From IMG/VR virus record IMGVR_UViG_3300043411_000942, positions 62,001 to 126,000 of that record: DNA of 64,000 nucleotides. The stretch is one strand, 5' to 3'. This document shows, piece after piece, positions 35,151-44,215 of the stretch (the first letter of the stretch is position 1; every line of letters begins with the position of its first letter). Under the pieces are notes generated by a model. It was not told the origin of the DNA. It made no database searches and saw only the letters and a list, made by a program, of their open reading frames with translations. A program made the translations under genes and the position numbers.

Positions 35151-36311
35151 CTAAAATCTCGCCTGTTGGGCCAGGTCGATACACAGGCCGTCTATTCTGT
35201 GCAGGTCTGGCTTCTTAGGGAGCTTCGACACCTTAGCCAGCTCGGTTAGCTCCACGTCTTGCTTCGCTGCCCACTCGACAAGCTCGTAATAGTTCCAAGC
35301 CCCTGCTCGAATGCGTAGCAGGTCCTCAGCGTCCGGACGTCGCACAACAACCTTACCTTCAGTGAGGATTTCGCGGCACATTCGTAGGAGTCTCACTAGG
35401 TGCATGGCATGTTTCGTGTCGTACCCAAACTGCTCTTCTAGTTTCGCACGATCTGGATTGCGATTCTTCTTCCAATCTTGAAATTGCTGCCACTCTCGCA
35501 GTTTACTCGTGTAGCGTCGCTCCAAGTCGAGCAACTCAATGAAGTTCGTTGAAAACCCAAGGGAGTTCGCTGCTGCGTTCCAGGTCTTCTCTTCGACGTC
35601 TTTCCAGGACCACTTGGTGATCTCTAGCAGCCTACGGTAGAACTCGTCCTTAATGGATTGCCGGTTGGCTGGACCAAGCTCCTCTAGCTCGTGCCAATTC
35701 CACTCGTCCATGCGCTTATTGATTGTAGCGGAGGCAGCTGCAAGCTGATCTGCCGGGATAAGCGTGTGCTCAGGTAGATTAAACTCTGCTCGTGTTGGAG
35801 GCGCTACAGGAGGAGTCTTAATCCATCTGTAGTGAGTGTTGATTCTCTTGAGTTGTTGAGTCGCATACCCACTGAACGTGTGCTTTGCACGCTGAGAGAG
35901 GAACAGCTCGCGACTCCCCAGGAGGGTTGTCCCCAATGGGGACACGACCAGGTGGTCACTTTCGTCCGTGTAGAGGATCTCAAGAACGTTTGGATTACAC
36001 TCAGCCGCAAGTTTCATGAACTTGCGGAGTTCGAAGATCGTCAAGTCAGGCTCGGACTGAGTGACCTGCTCTACCGTGTTCAAAAACCCTAGGTAGTACT
36101 CACGCGGAGCGATCATGACTCCGCGTAGATCAAGATCGCTTGTAGGGAGGTTCGTCCCATAGGCGTGACTACCGTGACGAGTCAGGTAGATTGTCCGACT
36201 CGGTACCCACGATAAGTTACCTGAATACACGGGCTTCCAATCAAAGAGAAGCGTACTCTTGACTGGGATCAAGTCACTCCTTGGTGTATCCATGGAACCA
36301 CCCTTCTCCAC
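35151..36311 (-). CDS. Pol-beta-superfamily nucleotidyltransferase (Nuc-transf/YcgL-like)
   Basis: HGSHAYGTNLPTSDLDLRGV, NPNVLEIL, YDTKHAMHLVRLL. Confidence 0.9.
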   Translation of the reverse strand: MEKGGSMDTPRSDLIPVKSTLLFDWKPVYSGNLSWVPSRTIYLTRHGSHAYGTNLPTSDLDLRGVMIAPREYYLGFLNTVEQVTQSEPDLTIFELRKFMKLAAECNPNVLEILYTDESDHLVVSPLGTTLLGSRELFLSQRAKHTFSGYATQQLKRINTHYRWIKTPPVAPPTRAEFNLPEHTLIPADQLAAASATINKRMDEWNWHELEELGPANRQSIKDEFYRRLLEITKWSWKDVEEKTWNAAANSLGFSTNFIELLDLERRYTSKLREWQQFQDWKKNRNPDRAKLEEQFGYDTKHAMHLVRLLRMCREILTEGKVVVRRPDAEDLLRIRAGAWNYYELVEWAAKQDVELTELAKVSKLPKKPDLHRIDGLCIDLAQQARF

Positions 36312-36852
36312 GCGTGTCCGGACGCTGGCAGTGGGCCTGAGCCTCAGCTAGACTCAGGCCTCGCTTACCTCGCACAGCCTTGGGTGGGCCATTGAAGGTA
36401 AACTTGACGATCTTGTATGTATCGTTCGAGGTAGGCTTGCTGCTCATAAGCCCACCTACGGAAAGTAGAGCTGGGCTCTTAACTCCTTTCTCCACCTCAA
36501 GTTTTATGTACGCAATACATGCCGCCTGGAGCTTTGAGAGGTACTTTCCACATTCTAAGCCATGGAAATGTAAGTCTTTTTTGGGGGATCCTATGGCTGA
36601 CTCTAGAGTTACAGCCATCTGCATCGCTGCCTCCACAAGCTCTTGCGTAACGGCACGTTTACGGTTCGGAGTTAGTCGGAGGATACGAGCGGCTGGGAAA
36701 TCTTCCTGGGCGACTCGGCAAACATCTTGAGCTTCCTCAAGTTCGTGCGCTCCCCAACGTTTCGGCTTAACCTGCATCCCAAAGTAGGGGCCCCCAGGCT
36801 TCCCCGAGTAGGACAGAACGTAACCTAGTAGTTCTTGAGACTTGCGGCCCAT
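36274..36852 (-). CDS. read-through fusion ORF containing a nested small gene (36274-36447) with its own promoter
   Basis: class-1 promoter at 36455-36483 inside the ORF with in-frame ATG 36447; C-terminal YKIVKF..GLSLAEAQAHC..WFHGY. Confidence 0.65.
   Translation of the reverse strand: MGRKSQELLGYVLSYSGKPGGPYFGMQVKPKRWGAHELEEAQDVCRVAQEDFPAARILRLTPNRKRAVTQELVEAAMQMAVTLESAIGSPKKDLHFHGLECGKYLSKLQAACIAYIKLEVEKGVKSPALLSVGGLMSSKPTSNDTYKIVKFTFNGPPKAVRGKRGLSLAEAQAHCQRPDTRGEGWFHGYTKE
36455..36483 (-). promoter_or_regulatory. class-1 promoter nested inside an ORF
   Basis: GTTAAG-N17-CGTAGG-N7-ATG, in frame. Confidence 0.8.
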
Positions 36853-37259
36853 AGTTGATCCGTTAGCGTGGGAGCCCAAGGGGACTCTAGTAAAAATCTA
36901 AAGAGGTTGAGATTGTACTCTCGAAAAGAGCAAGCCTCCCCCAAGAGCCGTTTGGGATGAACCCAAGAGACAAACACCCCTGGCTCCAGTGTAGCAGGGT
37001 CCCCTTGCCACTGAGTAATCATGTAGGTCCAAACCAAGCATTTACTTACGGAGTCTACCCGAGTAAGTACATGCTCAGCCCTGAGGACCTTTACTCCAGT
37101 CTCCTCCTGGACCTCTCTCACTAGAGCGTCAAATGGCGTCTCGTCGATTTCTAGCTTACCTCCAGGTAACCCTAGATCGTACTGGTTACCTCTTCTGGAA
37201 ACAGCTAGAAGAGCCTCCTCGTGGAGGAGTAGCCCAACTACAGCGATAGGTTTTTGCAT
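36825..37259 (-). CDS. NUDIX hydrolase
   Basis: GLPGGKLEIDETPFDALVREVQEETGV Nudix box. Confidence 0.92.
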   Translation of the reverse strand: MQKPIAVVGLLLHEEALLAVSRRGNQYDLGLPGGKLEIDETPFDALVREVQEETGVKVLRAEHVLTRVDSVSKCLVWTYMITQWQGDPATLEPGVFVSWVHPKRLLGEACSFREYNLNLFRFLLESPWAPTLTDQLWAASLKNY

Positions 37260-37490
37260 TACCGCAGCCTTGTTGGGTTGTCGGAGTTGACTGCGTCTAC
37301 AAGGTCATCGTAGAACCGTAGCTCGTCGAATCTCCCTGGAATAGCCACGGCGTCCCGACTTTGACCTAGACTGTCTGCGTACGCTAGAGCTGCTTCCTCG
37401 GAGTAGAAAACTCTTCGAGTAGCTAGAGTGTAACGACCCAGACTATTGTCCTCCTTGCGGTCTTCTCTTGCAATTACGATAAACTTCATT
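37259..37490 (-). CDS. hypothetical protein
   Basis: ATG (MKFIV); downstream of promoter 37531-37559. Confidence 0.55.
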
Positions 37491-37588
37491 TGACTAGACA
37501 CTGACAATCCTCGCACCAACCCATACGACCCCTACGATTTTCCCACTTAGAGGTTTAACCTCGCAATGTTAGGATCGTAGTTACTAGT

Positions 37589-37885
37589 ATGAAGCGAGCT
37601 AGTACAAAAGCGTCTCGTGCGGTCGACGCTATGATGGTAAAGAAGGTGGACGTCCACAAGCTCTACCTTGTCGAACATCCGAACATATACGAGAAGTTGG
37701 TGCTGGAACTATCTACGGAGATTGAAAAGCAGCGCAGCGGTCCTAATTACACCTGTGTGTCATGGACTGCTCAGATGGAGGCAGCGAACTACTTTAACGA
37801 GCACGGGTTTTCTGACACGTTGACGCACATGCTCAAGCTGCGAGAATCTTCCGTCCCAGTAAGCACTGAGACGGAAGAAACCTAA
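37589..37885 (+). CDS. hypothetical protein
   Basis: divergent variant promoter GTTTAA-N17-CGTAGT at 37553-37581. Confidence 0.6.
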   Translation: MKRASTKASRAVDAMMVKKVDVHKLYLVEHPNIYEKLVLELSTEIEKQRSGPNYTCVSWTAQMEAANYFNEHGFSDTLTHMLKLRESSVPVSTETEET

Positions 37886-37888
37886 CTC

Positions 37889-38200
37889 TCAGTACTCGTC
37901 TCGCTCGTTGTTCCTGCGACCCTTCGTCGATCGGGGCTTCTTCCCCTCTCCTCCCACAAACTCTACATACTTGGACGTAGCTGGGGTTGGAGGGGCAGAT
38001 GTCGAGTAGCTCCCAAAGGCTGGAGCTTGAGGCGTCTCACCAGCTCTCCGCGCTTTGTTGGCAGCCACACAGGACTTACAACGCTTCGGAGGGGTGTACC
38101 CCTTCGAGGCAAAGAACTCTTGGTCCCTTACCGAGTGGATGAATTGCGCACGACAGTTGGGTTCAATGCAAGTGAGAGTGAGATCAGACGGAGCGTTCAT
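37889..38200 (-). CDS. zinc-ribbon (zf-trcl-like) protein
   Basis: LTCIEPNCRAQF..QEFF..KGYTPPKRCKSC. Confidence 0.8.
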   Translation of the reverse strand: MNAPSDLTLTCIEPNCRAQFIHSVRDQEFFASKGYTPPKRCKSCVAANKARRAGETPQAPAFGSYSTSAPPTPATSKYVEFVGGEGKKPRSTKGRRNNERDEY

Positions 38201-38215
38201 GAACGTAGCGGTTCC

Positions 38216-38494
38216 TTATTTGTGGAGAGTTTCGAGAAGTTGCGTAACAAAGGCGTCTCGTTCGCTTTCAATTCGAACGAGGTCCTCACTGAGTCGACAA
38301 GCCCTGCTTAACATAGCCTCAATTTCCTTAGCTTGCAACTCTACGTCGAGAGATGTAGAATCTGCTAGTCGTTGTCGAGCTTCGTCCAACTCTCGGCCCT
38401 TCTCCTCTATTCGAGTCGAGTACAGACCTAAGGTGGACATTGCTTGGCTATCGACCTTACCGAAGAAGTAAGAGTCAAGGTGCGTAGGACCCAT
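38216..38494 (-). CDS. coiled-coil hypothetical protein
   Basis: heptad pattern. Confidence 0.45.
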   Translation of the reverse strand: MGPTHLDSYFFGKVDSQAMSTLGLYSTRIEEKGRELDEARQRLADSTSLDVELQAKEIEAMLSRACRLSEDLVRIESERDAFVTQLLETLHK

Positions 38495-38572
38495 CCTTCC
38501 CCATATACACTAGACACTAGCGCTCGTCTAGGTTTTTCGCACTTGTTGGGCCTAGACGGTGTAAGAGTACCC

Positions 38573-38983
38573 ATGCCACTCGACTTTGACTTCAAGTATG
38601 ATGAGCGCACTGACGCAATCCAAAGGCTTGGGCACTACTCGTCTGCCAGTAATCGTGAGGCAACCCGCGAAGAAGCTTTGATGTGGGATCGTATTCAGGA
38701 GCTAGAGAAGCTTCTAGAGAAGGATTGGCCAAAGCCGTTCCGGTCTCTCTTCGACCAGATTCTTACGGTAACCACTCCTTGCGTTGAGCTAAGCGCTGCT
38801 GATATAGGGAGGCTCCTAAGGTACGCAGCTCATTACACCCAGACTGTAACTGACCTTAACTTAACTCGTAAGCAGATTATATGCTCCATTCGACTCATGG
38901 TGGACGGACACCCCACAGTGATTTGGATTAAGCCGAGCACGGAGGTCCCAAGTGGTACGATTCGTGAGGCACCTGGTTGGTAA
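38573..38983 (+). CDS. hypothetical protein
   Basis: start moved to GGTGTA-N9-ATG at 38573. Confidence 0.6.
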   Translation: MPLDFDFKYDERTDAIQRLGHYSSASNREATREEALMWDRIQELEKLLEKDWPKPFRSLFDQILTVTTPCVELSAADIGRLLRYAAHYTQTVTDLNLTRKQIICSIRLMVDGHPTVIWIKPSTEVPSGTIREAPGW

Positions 38984-39177
38984 TGTCAACTCCTAAGTTC
39001 CAAATACGTACCGTCATTGTTCGAGGTAACACTTACCTACGAGTCGAGGACGTAGCTGAGTATATTCGGGAGTGTGGGTATGGAGAGGAGACTGATGTAC
39101 GTAACCGATTGAAGAAAGCTGCCGATACCCTTACCGACCAGACCTGGTACTTAGATGGATCTCAAACTCCTACTTGA
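38977..39177 (+). CDS. hypothetical protein
   Basis: coupled ORF. Confidence 0.55.
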   Translation: MVMSTPKFQIRTVIVRGNTYLRVEDVAEYIRECGYGEETDVRNRLKKAADTLTDQTWYLDGSQTPT

Positions 39178-39559
39178 GATGGGTATTACAGTGGAGAGTC
39201 TACGGGAGGTAGATCAAGCTCCATCTCTAGCTGTAGCCAGCTCTAAGCTAGAGGCCCTTAAGCTTCGATTCAAGAGGGAGTTCAATCGGCTTGCCCTAAG
39301 CCTTCACCCCGACCAGACCGGAGGGGATCCCAAAAAGACGGAGAAGTTTAAGCGCCTCTGTCAACTGAAGGTGGAATTTGAAACACTTCAGGCGAAGGAG
39401 CCTACCGTAGCTCCTACGGAGGATGACCTAACCCCTCCTCCTATTCGTATTCGATACTACCCAGTCGCTCGGAAAGTTGATCCAGTGAGTCCAGACCAAA
39501 AAGCCTACCGAACGGCGAACATGACTCCCTCTGACGTAAGGCCTAAACGTGACAGATGA
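39155..39559 (+). CDS. J-domain (DnaJ-like) protein
   Basis: KREFNRLALSLHPDQTGGD..KFKRL (HPD motif). Confidence 0.85.
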   Translation: MDLKLLLEMGITVESLREVDQAPSLAVASSKLEALKLRFKREFNRLALSLHPDQTGGDPKKTEKFKRLCQLKVEFETLQAKEPTVAPTEDDLTPPPIRIRYYPVARKVDPVSPDQKAYRTANMTPSDVRPKRDR

Positions 39560-39899
39560 GCTAAGTACCCCAATCGACCTACCAGACTTTACACATCTGT
39601 CCGTGCCGGAGCTAACGTCCCTCCGGAATCACATTGCGATGCAGACAAAGGAGGCCAGAAAGAAGGCCAACGTAGCCATAGCTAAAACAGGCTCACCTAC
39701 CCTCAAGTCTCTTTGGATGAACTACGTTAGCCTACGTTCGGATACGAGTGCTGAGGATCGTCGAGCCACTAGTAAGCCTTTCTACAATGAGCTTTTGCGG
39801 CACCCGATAGCCTTCCTTGCTTACTCCTACGTGAACTCTCTCCTGATCCTGGATCAAGCGATCGTTCAGGACATGCTACGTAGGTCAAAAGTAGGTTAA
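39549..39899 (+). CDS. hypothetical protein
   Basis: TAA stop inside next promoter -35. Confidence 0.55.
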   Translation: MTDELSTPIDLPDFTHLSVPELTSLRNHIAMQTKEARKKANVAIAKTGSPTLKSLWMNYVSLRSDTSAEDRRATSKPFYNELLRHPIAFLAYSYVNSLLILDQAIVQDMLRRSKVG

Positions 39900-39932
39900 A
39901 CCTTCCACCAAAGATTACGTAGGGGTTAGCAT

Positions 39933-40676
39933 ATGCGAATTCGAGTAGTGTCTGACCTGCATTGTGAGATGCACAGGGACCGAGGTTGGACCTTGGCCGT
40001 AGAGATTTGCCAAGACCTTGCATTTGACGTCCTAGTTCTTGCTGGGGACATTGCAACGGATGCGACACTAGATCCAGTACTCACAATGTTCTGCGAGCTG
40101 GTTGCACCTAAGCCCGTTCTATTCGTACTAGGAAACCACGAGTACTACGGCGGTTCCGTAGCTGGTACCGAGACAAAAGCTAGAGCGGTAGCGGAAGTGT
40201 TCCCCAACCTTCACGTCTTGGAGGGGGATATCGTAGAACTCCAGGGCCAAAGGTTCCTGGGGTGTACCCTTTGGTACGAGCACCCTAACTGGCTTCCCTC
40301 AGACGCAGACTTCGGGGACTTCAATCACATTGAAGGGTTTGCTGACTTTGTCCACCAGCAAGCAATGGACTCAGCAGACTTCCTTCGGTCCTCGATTCAA
40401 CCTGGTGACGTAGTAATCACACACTTTCTACCTCACCAGGATAGTATCGCACCTAAGTACAGGTTCTCGTCCTCGAATGGGTACTTCCTGCACAACGTGT
40501 CAGACATCGTAAGGTGTGGGGAGGCCAAGCTCTGGATCCACGGTCACACGCATAGCAGCGTAGATTACACGATTAACCAGACTAGGGTAATCTGCAACCC
40601 ATTCGGGTACGCTACAAAACCATACCCAGGAGAGCCAAATCCTGAGTTCAAGTCTCTACTTACAGTGAGGGTTTAG
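39933..40676 (+). CDS. calcineurin-like metallophosphoesterase
   Basis: SDLH, AGDI, GNHEYY, ITHFLP, WIHGHTH. Confidence 0.93.
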   Translation: MRIRVVSDLHCEMHRDRGWTLAVEICQDLAFDVLVLAGDIATDATLDPVLTMFCELVAPKPVLFVLGNHEYYGGSVAGTETKARAVAEVFPNLHVLEGDIVELQGQRFLGCTLWYEHPNWLPSDADFGDFNHIEGFADFVHQQAMDSADFLRSSIQPGDVVITHFLPHQDSIAPKYRFSSSNGYFLHNVSDIVRCGEAKLWIHGHTHSSVDYTINQTRVICNPFGYATKPYPGEPNPEFKSLLTVRV

Positions 40677-40678
40677 CG

Positions 40679-40864
40679 ATGGGTATTTTTTGGGAAGCTG
40701 CTTTCAATGCTGCATTGTCAGCGTTAGTCAGCAAGGAGTACCATGACTCCCCTTCAAGCAGGGAGGCGCTGGTCCGGAGGGCTGGTGAGATTGCTACCGC
40801 AGCAGAAGCCGAGAGGGACCGACTAACGAGGCTCTTACTAGAGGACACGCCTTATCGAGGGTGA
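40679..40864 (+). CDS. hypothetical protein
   Basis: 61 aa ORF. Confidence 0.5.
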   Translation: MGIFWEAAFNAALSALVSKEYHDSPSSREALVRRAGEIATAAEAERDRLTRLLLEDTPYRG

Positions 40865-41119
40865 AGTCACTTACAGTAACGGTGTAAGTTAGCACCAAAG
40901 GGGAACTCCACGTCCTCGGTGCTCGGGATTGGCCCGTGGACGAAAAGCTCCATAGCCTCTGGATTCCCACACCTACCTGAATTTAAGCGATGGGGGTAAT
41001 GGTAGGCACCACACCTGCAAATTACCCCTTTCTCTTTACGCCTCCACCTACAAAGCGGTCGACCCAAGCGACACTTCGCAGAGTGTCGCTTGGGTCCATG
41101 GCATTTTGTTGGCTTGGGG

Positions 41120-41581
41120 TTACTTCCCAATACGATCAAACCTAGTGGTGTACTTAGCGGTAGGCTTGTCAGACTTGTTGCGTTTAGCTCGTTTGCGTCG
41201 AGGTACCTCAGCGGCACCTTCCGCAGTTTCAGTCCCCTCAGCCACCTCCGCGAGTCTAATCTGTTCCTCGTAACCTACACGAGCGTCTGCTAATCGCCTC
41301 GCCTCCTCCTGAGCCTGCCGTTCCCGCCTCTCGTAGCTTTTCTTGGCTTTTTCGTAGTTTTCTCTAGGGATCGGGTCATACTTTGGAGTTAACCCCAGTA
41401 AGACTAGGGTTGTCCAACAACCCCAAATGACCGTAACCACAAAGACAAAGTTGGATGTTACAGGTGTGACCTCGAACCACCAATGGGGGCAAAGTCTGGA
41501 CTTGAGTAGCCACAGCACGATGGCAGTTAGAGTAACCCACAAGTAGGTTTGTAGGTACTCCACCAAGTGAGTCTTCAACAT
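41120..41581 (-). CDS. membrane protein (2 TM) with coiled-coil, basic tail
   Basis: hydrophobic N-half; ends TTRFDRIGK. Confidence 0.65.
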   Translation of the reverse strand: MLKTHLVEYLQTYLWVTLTAIVLWLLKSRLCPHWWFEVTPVTSNFVFVVTVIWGCWTTLVLLGLTPKYDPIPRENYEKAKKSYERRERQAQEEARRLADARVGYEEQIRLAEVAEGTETAEGAAEVPRRKRAKRNKSDKPTAKYTTRFDRIGK

Positions 41582-42078
41582 GTCAGCTCCATGGGGATTA
41601 CGTAGATTGGCTTACCTGACTTTGACGCCATTTGCAAGGTTTGATAGGTGCCAGATTTGTAATCCTCAGCCCGCCAGAACCCGACTAGGAATGCGCAGTT
41701 GTCAACTAAGTATTGGTTCCTAGTCCTGTAACTCGACTTCAAGTGAAGTGGGTTCTGCAACTCTACGATGCGATCTGCCTTCCTTGACCACTCCTGAGTA
41801 GCTCTGGGTTGGTTCTCAAGGACGTCTGGGACGACAACGACAAGAGAAGGAGTTGCCTTCCCTGAAAGGGCTCTAATCTCTAATGCAGCTTTGAGGGCCT
41901 CCGTGTCCGCACCTAAGGCACCTCCAAAGTAGATGGCGTCTACGTTCGTATTGCCGACAAGACCTCGCATTGCGTTGAATATCCTGAGGGTATCCTTGTA
42001 GGTTACCTGTCGATGTCCCGTGATTGCAGCGACTCTAGGCACAGCTACCTCGCAAGAGCCAGTTACTCTGTATGGCAA
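41575..42078 (-). CDS. SLOG-superfamily (DprA/YspA-like) protein
   Basis: ITGHR, GGALGAD, RNQYLVDNC, GTYQT..GKP. Confidence 0.85.
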   Translation of the reverse strand: MPYRVTGSCEVAVPRVAAITGHRQVTYKDTLRIFNAMRGLVGNTNVDAIYFGGALGADTEALKAALEIRALSGKATPSLVVVVPDVLENQPRATQEWSRKADRIVELQNPLHLKSSYRTRNQYLVDNCAFLVGFWRAEDYKSGTYQTLQMASKSGKPIYVIPMELTC

Positions 42079-42112
42079 AGCGCCTAACCTCTAGGGGGTC
42101 TATGGGGAGTAC

Positions 42113-42149
42113 TAGGTTGGACTTGGAGTGTAACTCAAGGTCCAACCTA
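42113..42149. terminator. intergenic hairpin
   Basis: TAGGTTGGAC...GTCCAACCTA. Confidence 0.55.
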
Positions 42150-42191
42150 TGTGGAAAGCAAGCATGTTTTTCCGTGAGGAGGGTCCAGAAG

Positions 42192-42503
42192 TTACATCGG
42201 GGACACTTTGTCATCGCTTTTCAAATCAGCTTGCAGCTTGAGCAGGGCTGCAACAACCTCGTCAAGGTGTTTGAGAGCAAATCCGCTTCCCTGGTCACAC
42301 CAAGAACCTCGCTCAGTTTCTCCTGGTTGAAGGTAATCATGGCGGAAGTGAACTCCATGAGGGGTAGTCTCTATTACGAACCAATCTCGCCACTGCTCCT
42401 CGGGTGGGAGATCGTCATGTACTGTCGTTGTTTCAATGTCCGCAAGAATCGTCACTTGAGTTCTCCTCCTTAGGCTCTTCTTCGTCGGGTAGTAAGAACA
42501 CAC
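42192..42503 (-). CDS. hypothetical protein
   Basis: ORF in - block. Confidence 0.45.
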   Translation of the reverse strand: MCSYYPTKKSLRRRTQVTILADIETTTVHDDLPPEEQWRDWFVIETTPHGVHFRHDYLQPGETERGSWCDQGSGFALKHLDEVVAALLKLQADLKSDDKVSPM

Positions 42504-42647
42504 TCTTACGCATAGAGCCTAACTGGAGGCTGGCTATTAGCTCAAGGTGAGCTTTGGCAAGCTCTTGTACACCAGTAAGGCACTCTGTAAGTACCTTACT
42601 GGTGGCTTCGAGGTAAGCTTTCGCTACTTTGTTACTCTTCTGGTTAC

Positions 42648-43880
42648 TCACGAGATGCCCAAGTATCGCATAGCTACTCGCGTCGTTAGGGGTTCGGAGA
42701 ACTTACTCCCAAGTTCCACCTCAACCTGAGCTTCAAGGGCTTGGGGGTTCAAGGTAGGGTTTGCGAGTAGTTGTTGGCGTGCCACCTGGAGTACTACGTT
42801 TCTCTCTTTCGGGGGAATCGAGTACTTGGCGAACAGCCTCTGTTGGTCAACAGGAGGCTTCTTGAGAGCCTCTACAAGAGCTACACCGTCTGAGGGGGGT
42901 AGCGCAAGAAGAAGCACCCTCAGTCGCTGCTGAGCAGCTCTATCGAGGAATGATAGAGGGGTTCGGATAACCCAACCAAGGTCAAGCAAGTCCAGCAACA
43001 GCTCAGCTTGCTTGTCATTCACATTCCTGCCAAGGGCCGCAGCAAAACCTGGCTCTGCCTCCAACATCTCCTTGATAGCGTCCGACAACCCCAACTGCAC
43101 TAGCAGCTCAACGCTCTTCCTTGGGGCAGGTCCCCCCAGGATATCCCCTACGAGGATTGAGCGCACAGCATCCCACGGCATTTTCTTGAGGCTTGGAGCA
43201 TTCTTTCGAATGCTGGCTACCATGTCCGGAGGAATCTTGAATCCGTACTTCGCTACGAACTTGATTGCACGTAGCATTCGGGTGGGGTCGTCTGAGAAGG
43301 TCTTGTCTGGATTCACCGGGGTCTTGAGCAACCTCTCTTCGAGGTGCTGCTTCCCTAGTCCCGTGAGGTCCAAAACCTCAGCTCGATCTGGACCGTGCTC
43401 AAGATCCAGTAAGCGCCACAACAGCGTGTTGAAGGTGAACTCACGCCGCTTGAGGTCCTCTTCGATGGTCGCAGGTTCCACCATGTGGGGCTTGTAGCCC
43501 TTACCACCCTCTCCGCCATAACTCTCCTTACGAGCGTTGGCAATCTCGATTACCTCGCCCTTTAGGTCATGACCGTCAAGGATCCAAGATTCCGAGATAG
43601 AGAGGATTGCGACCCCGTACTGATTGGTCGTCAGGTTGCATCGAGCGGGAATGAACTCCGAAACCTTCTTGGCAAACCAATCCGAGTCTCGGCCCTTCCC
43701 AGCAGCAACGCTGTCAAATACAACGTCGATGTCCTTGATGGGCTCCTTGAGGATCCAGTTTCGGACTGCCCCGCCTACAACGTAGACGTTCTCTGCAACA
43801 CCCAAGGATCGTGCCACCTTGGACAGGAACTTCATCAGGGCGACAGATCGATCGTGTAGGGAAGATGCGGTAATCATCAT
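42648..43880 (-). CDS. cca: class II tRNA nucleotidyltransferase (CCA-adding / poly(A) polymerase family)
   Basis: YVVGGAVRN, KDIDVV, EDLKRREFTFN, FSDDPTRMLRAIKF; no HD domain; C-terminal RVAMRY. Confidence 0.88.
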   Translation of the reverse strand: MMITASSLHDRSVALMKFLSKVARSLGVAENVYVVGGAVRNWILKEPIKDIDVVFDSVAAGKGRDSDWFAKKVSEFIPARCNLTTNQYGVAILSISESWILDGHDLKGEVIEIANARKESYGGEGGKGYKPHMVEPATIEEDLKRREFTFNTLLWRLLDLEHGPDRAEVLDLTGLGKQHLEERLLKTPVNPDKTFSDDPTRMLRAIKFVAKYGFKIPPDMVASIRKNAPSLKKMPWDAVRSILVGDILGGPAPRKSVELLVQLGLSDAIKEMLEAEPGFAAALGRNVNDKQAELLLDLLDLGWVIRTPLSFLDRAAQQRLRVLLLALPPSDGVALVEALKKPPVDQQRLFAKYSIPPKERNVVLQVARQQLLANPTLNPQALEAQVEVELGSKFSEPLTTRVAMRYLGIS

Positions 43881-43912
43881 CGTAGTTCCAAGCTTGTGAG
43901 TTAGAGCAGAGG

Positions 43913-44176
43913 CTACCGAAACTGGTAGGAGAAAACCTCTCCCTCCTCCTCTAAGAGTCTCTTATAGTACTTAATTTGCTTTTCGACCCCTTGTACAGGG
44001 CACCCCTTGAAGTGCTTACCTGCTACACTCAAGGCTGGGTCGGTAATCCCACACTGCTTACATTTCCAGTAGGGGTTACCCTTACCGCTTCGAACGTGGT
44101 TCACATCCAAAAAGTATTGAAGGTCTGTTATACGAGACCTCAACCGAACACTTCTGGGGATGTGGTTCTGTCTCAT
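43913..44176 (-). CDS. Zn-finger hypothetical protein
   Basis: ATG behind promoter 44186-44213; CKQCG..HFKGC. Confidence 0.65.
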   Translation of the reverse strand: MRQNHIPRSVRLRSRITDLQYFLDVNHVRSGKGNPYWKCKQCGITDPALSVAGKHFKGCPVQGVEKQIKYYKRLLEEEGEVFSYQFR

Positions 44177-44215
44177 ATGGTACACCCTACGAAAGGTAAC
44201 GGTGTAACTTAACCG

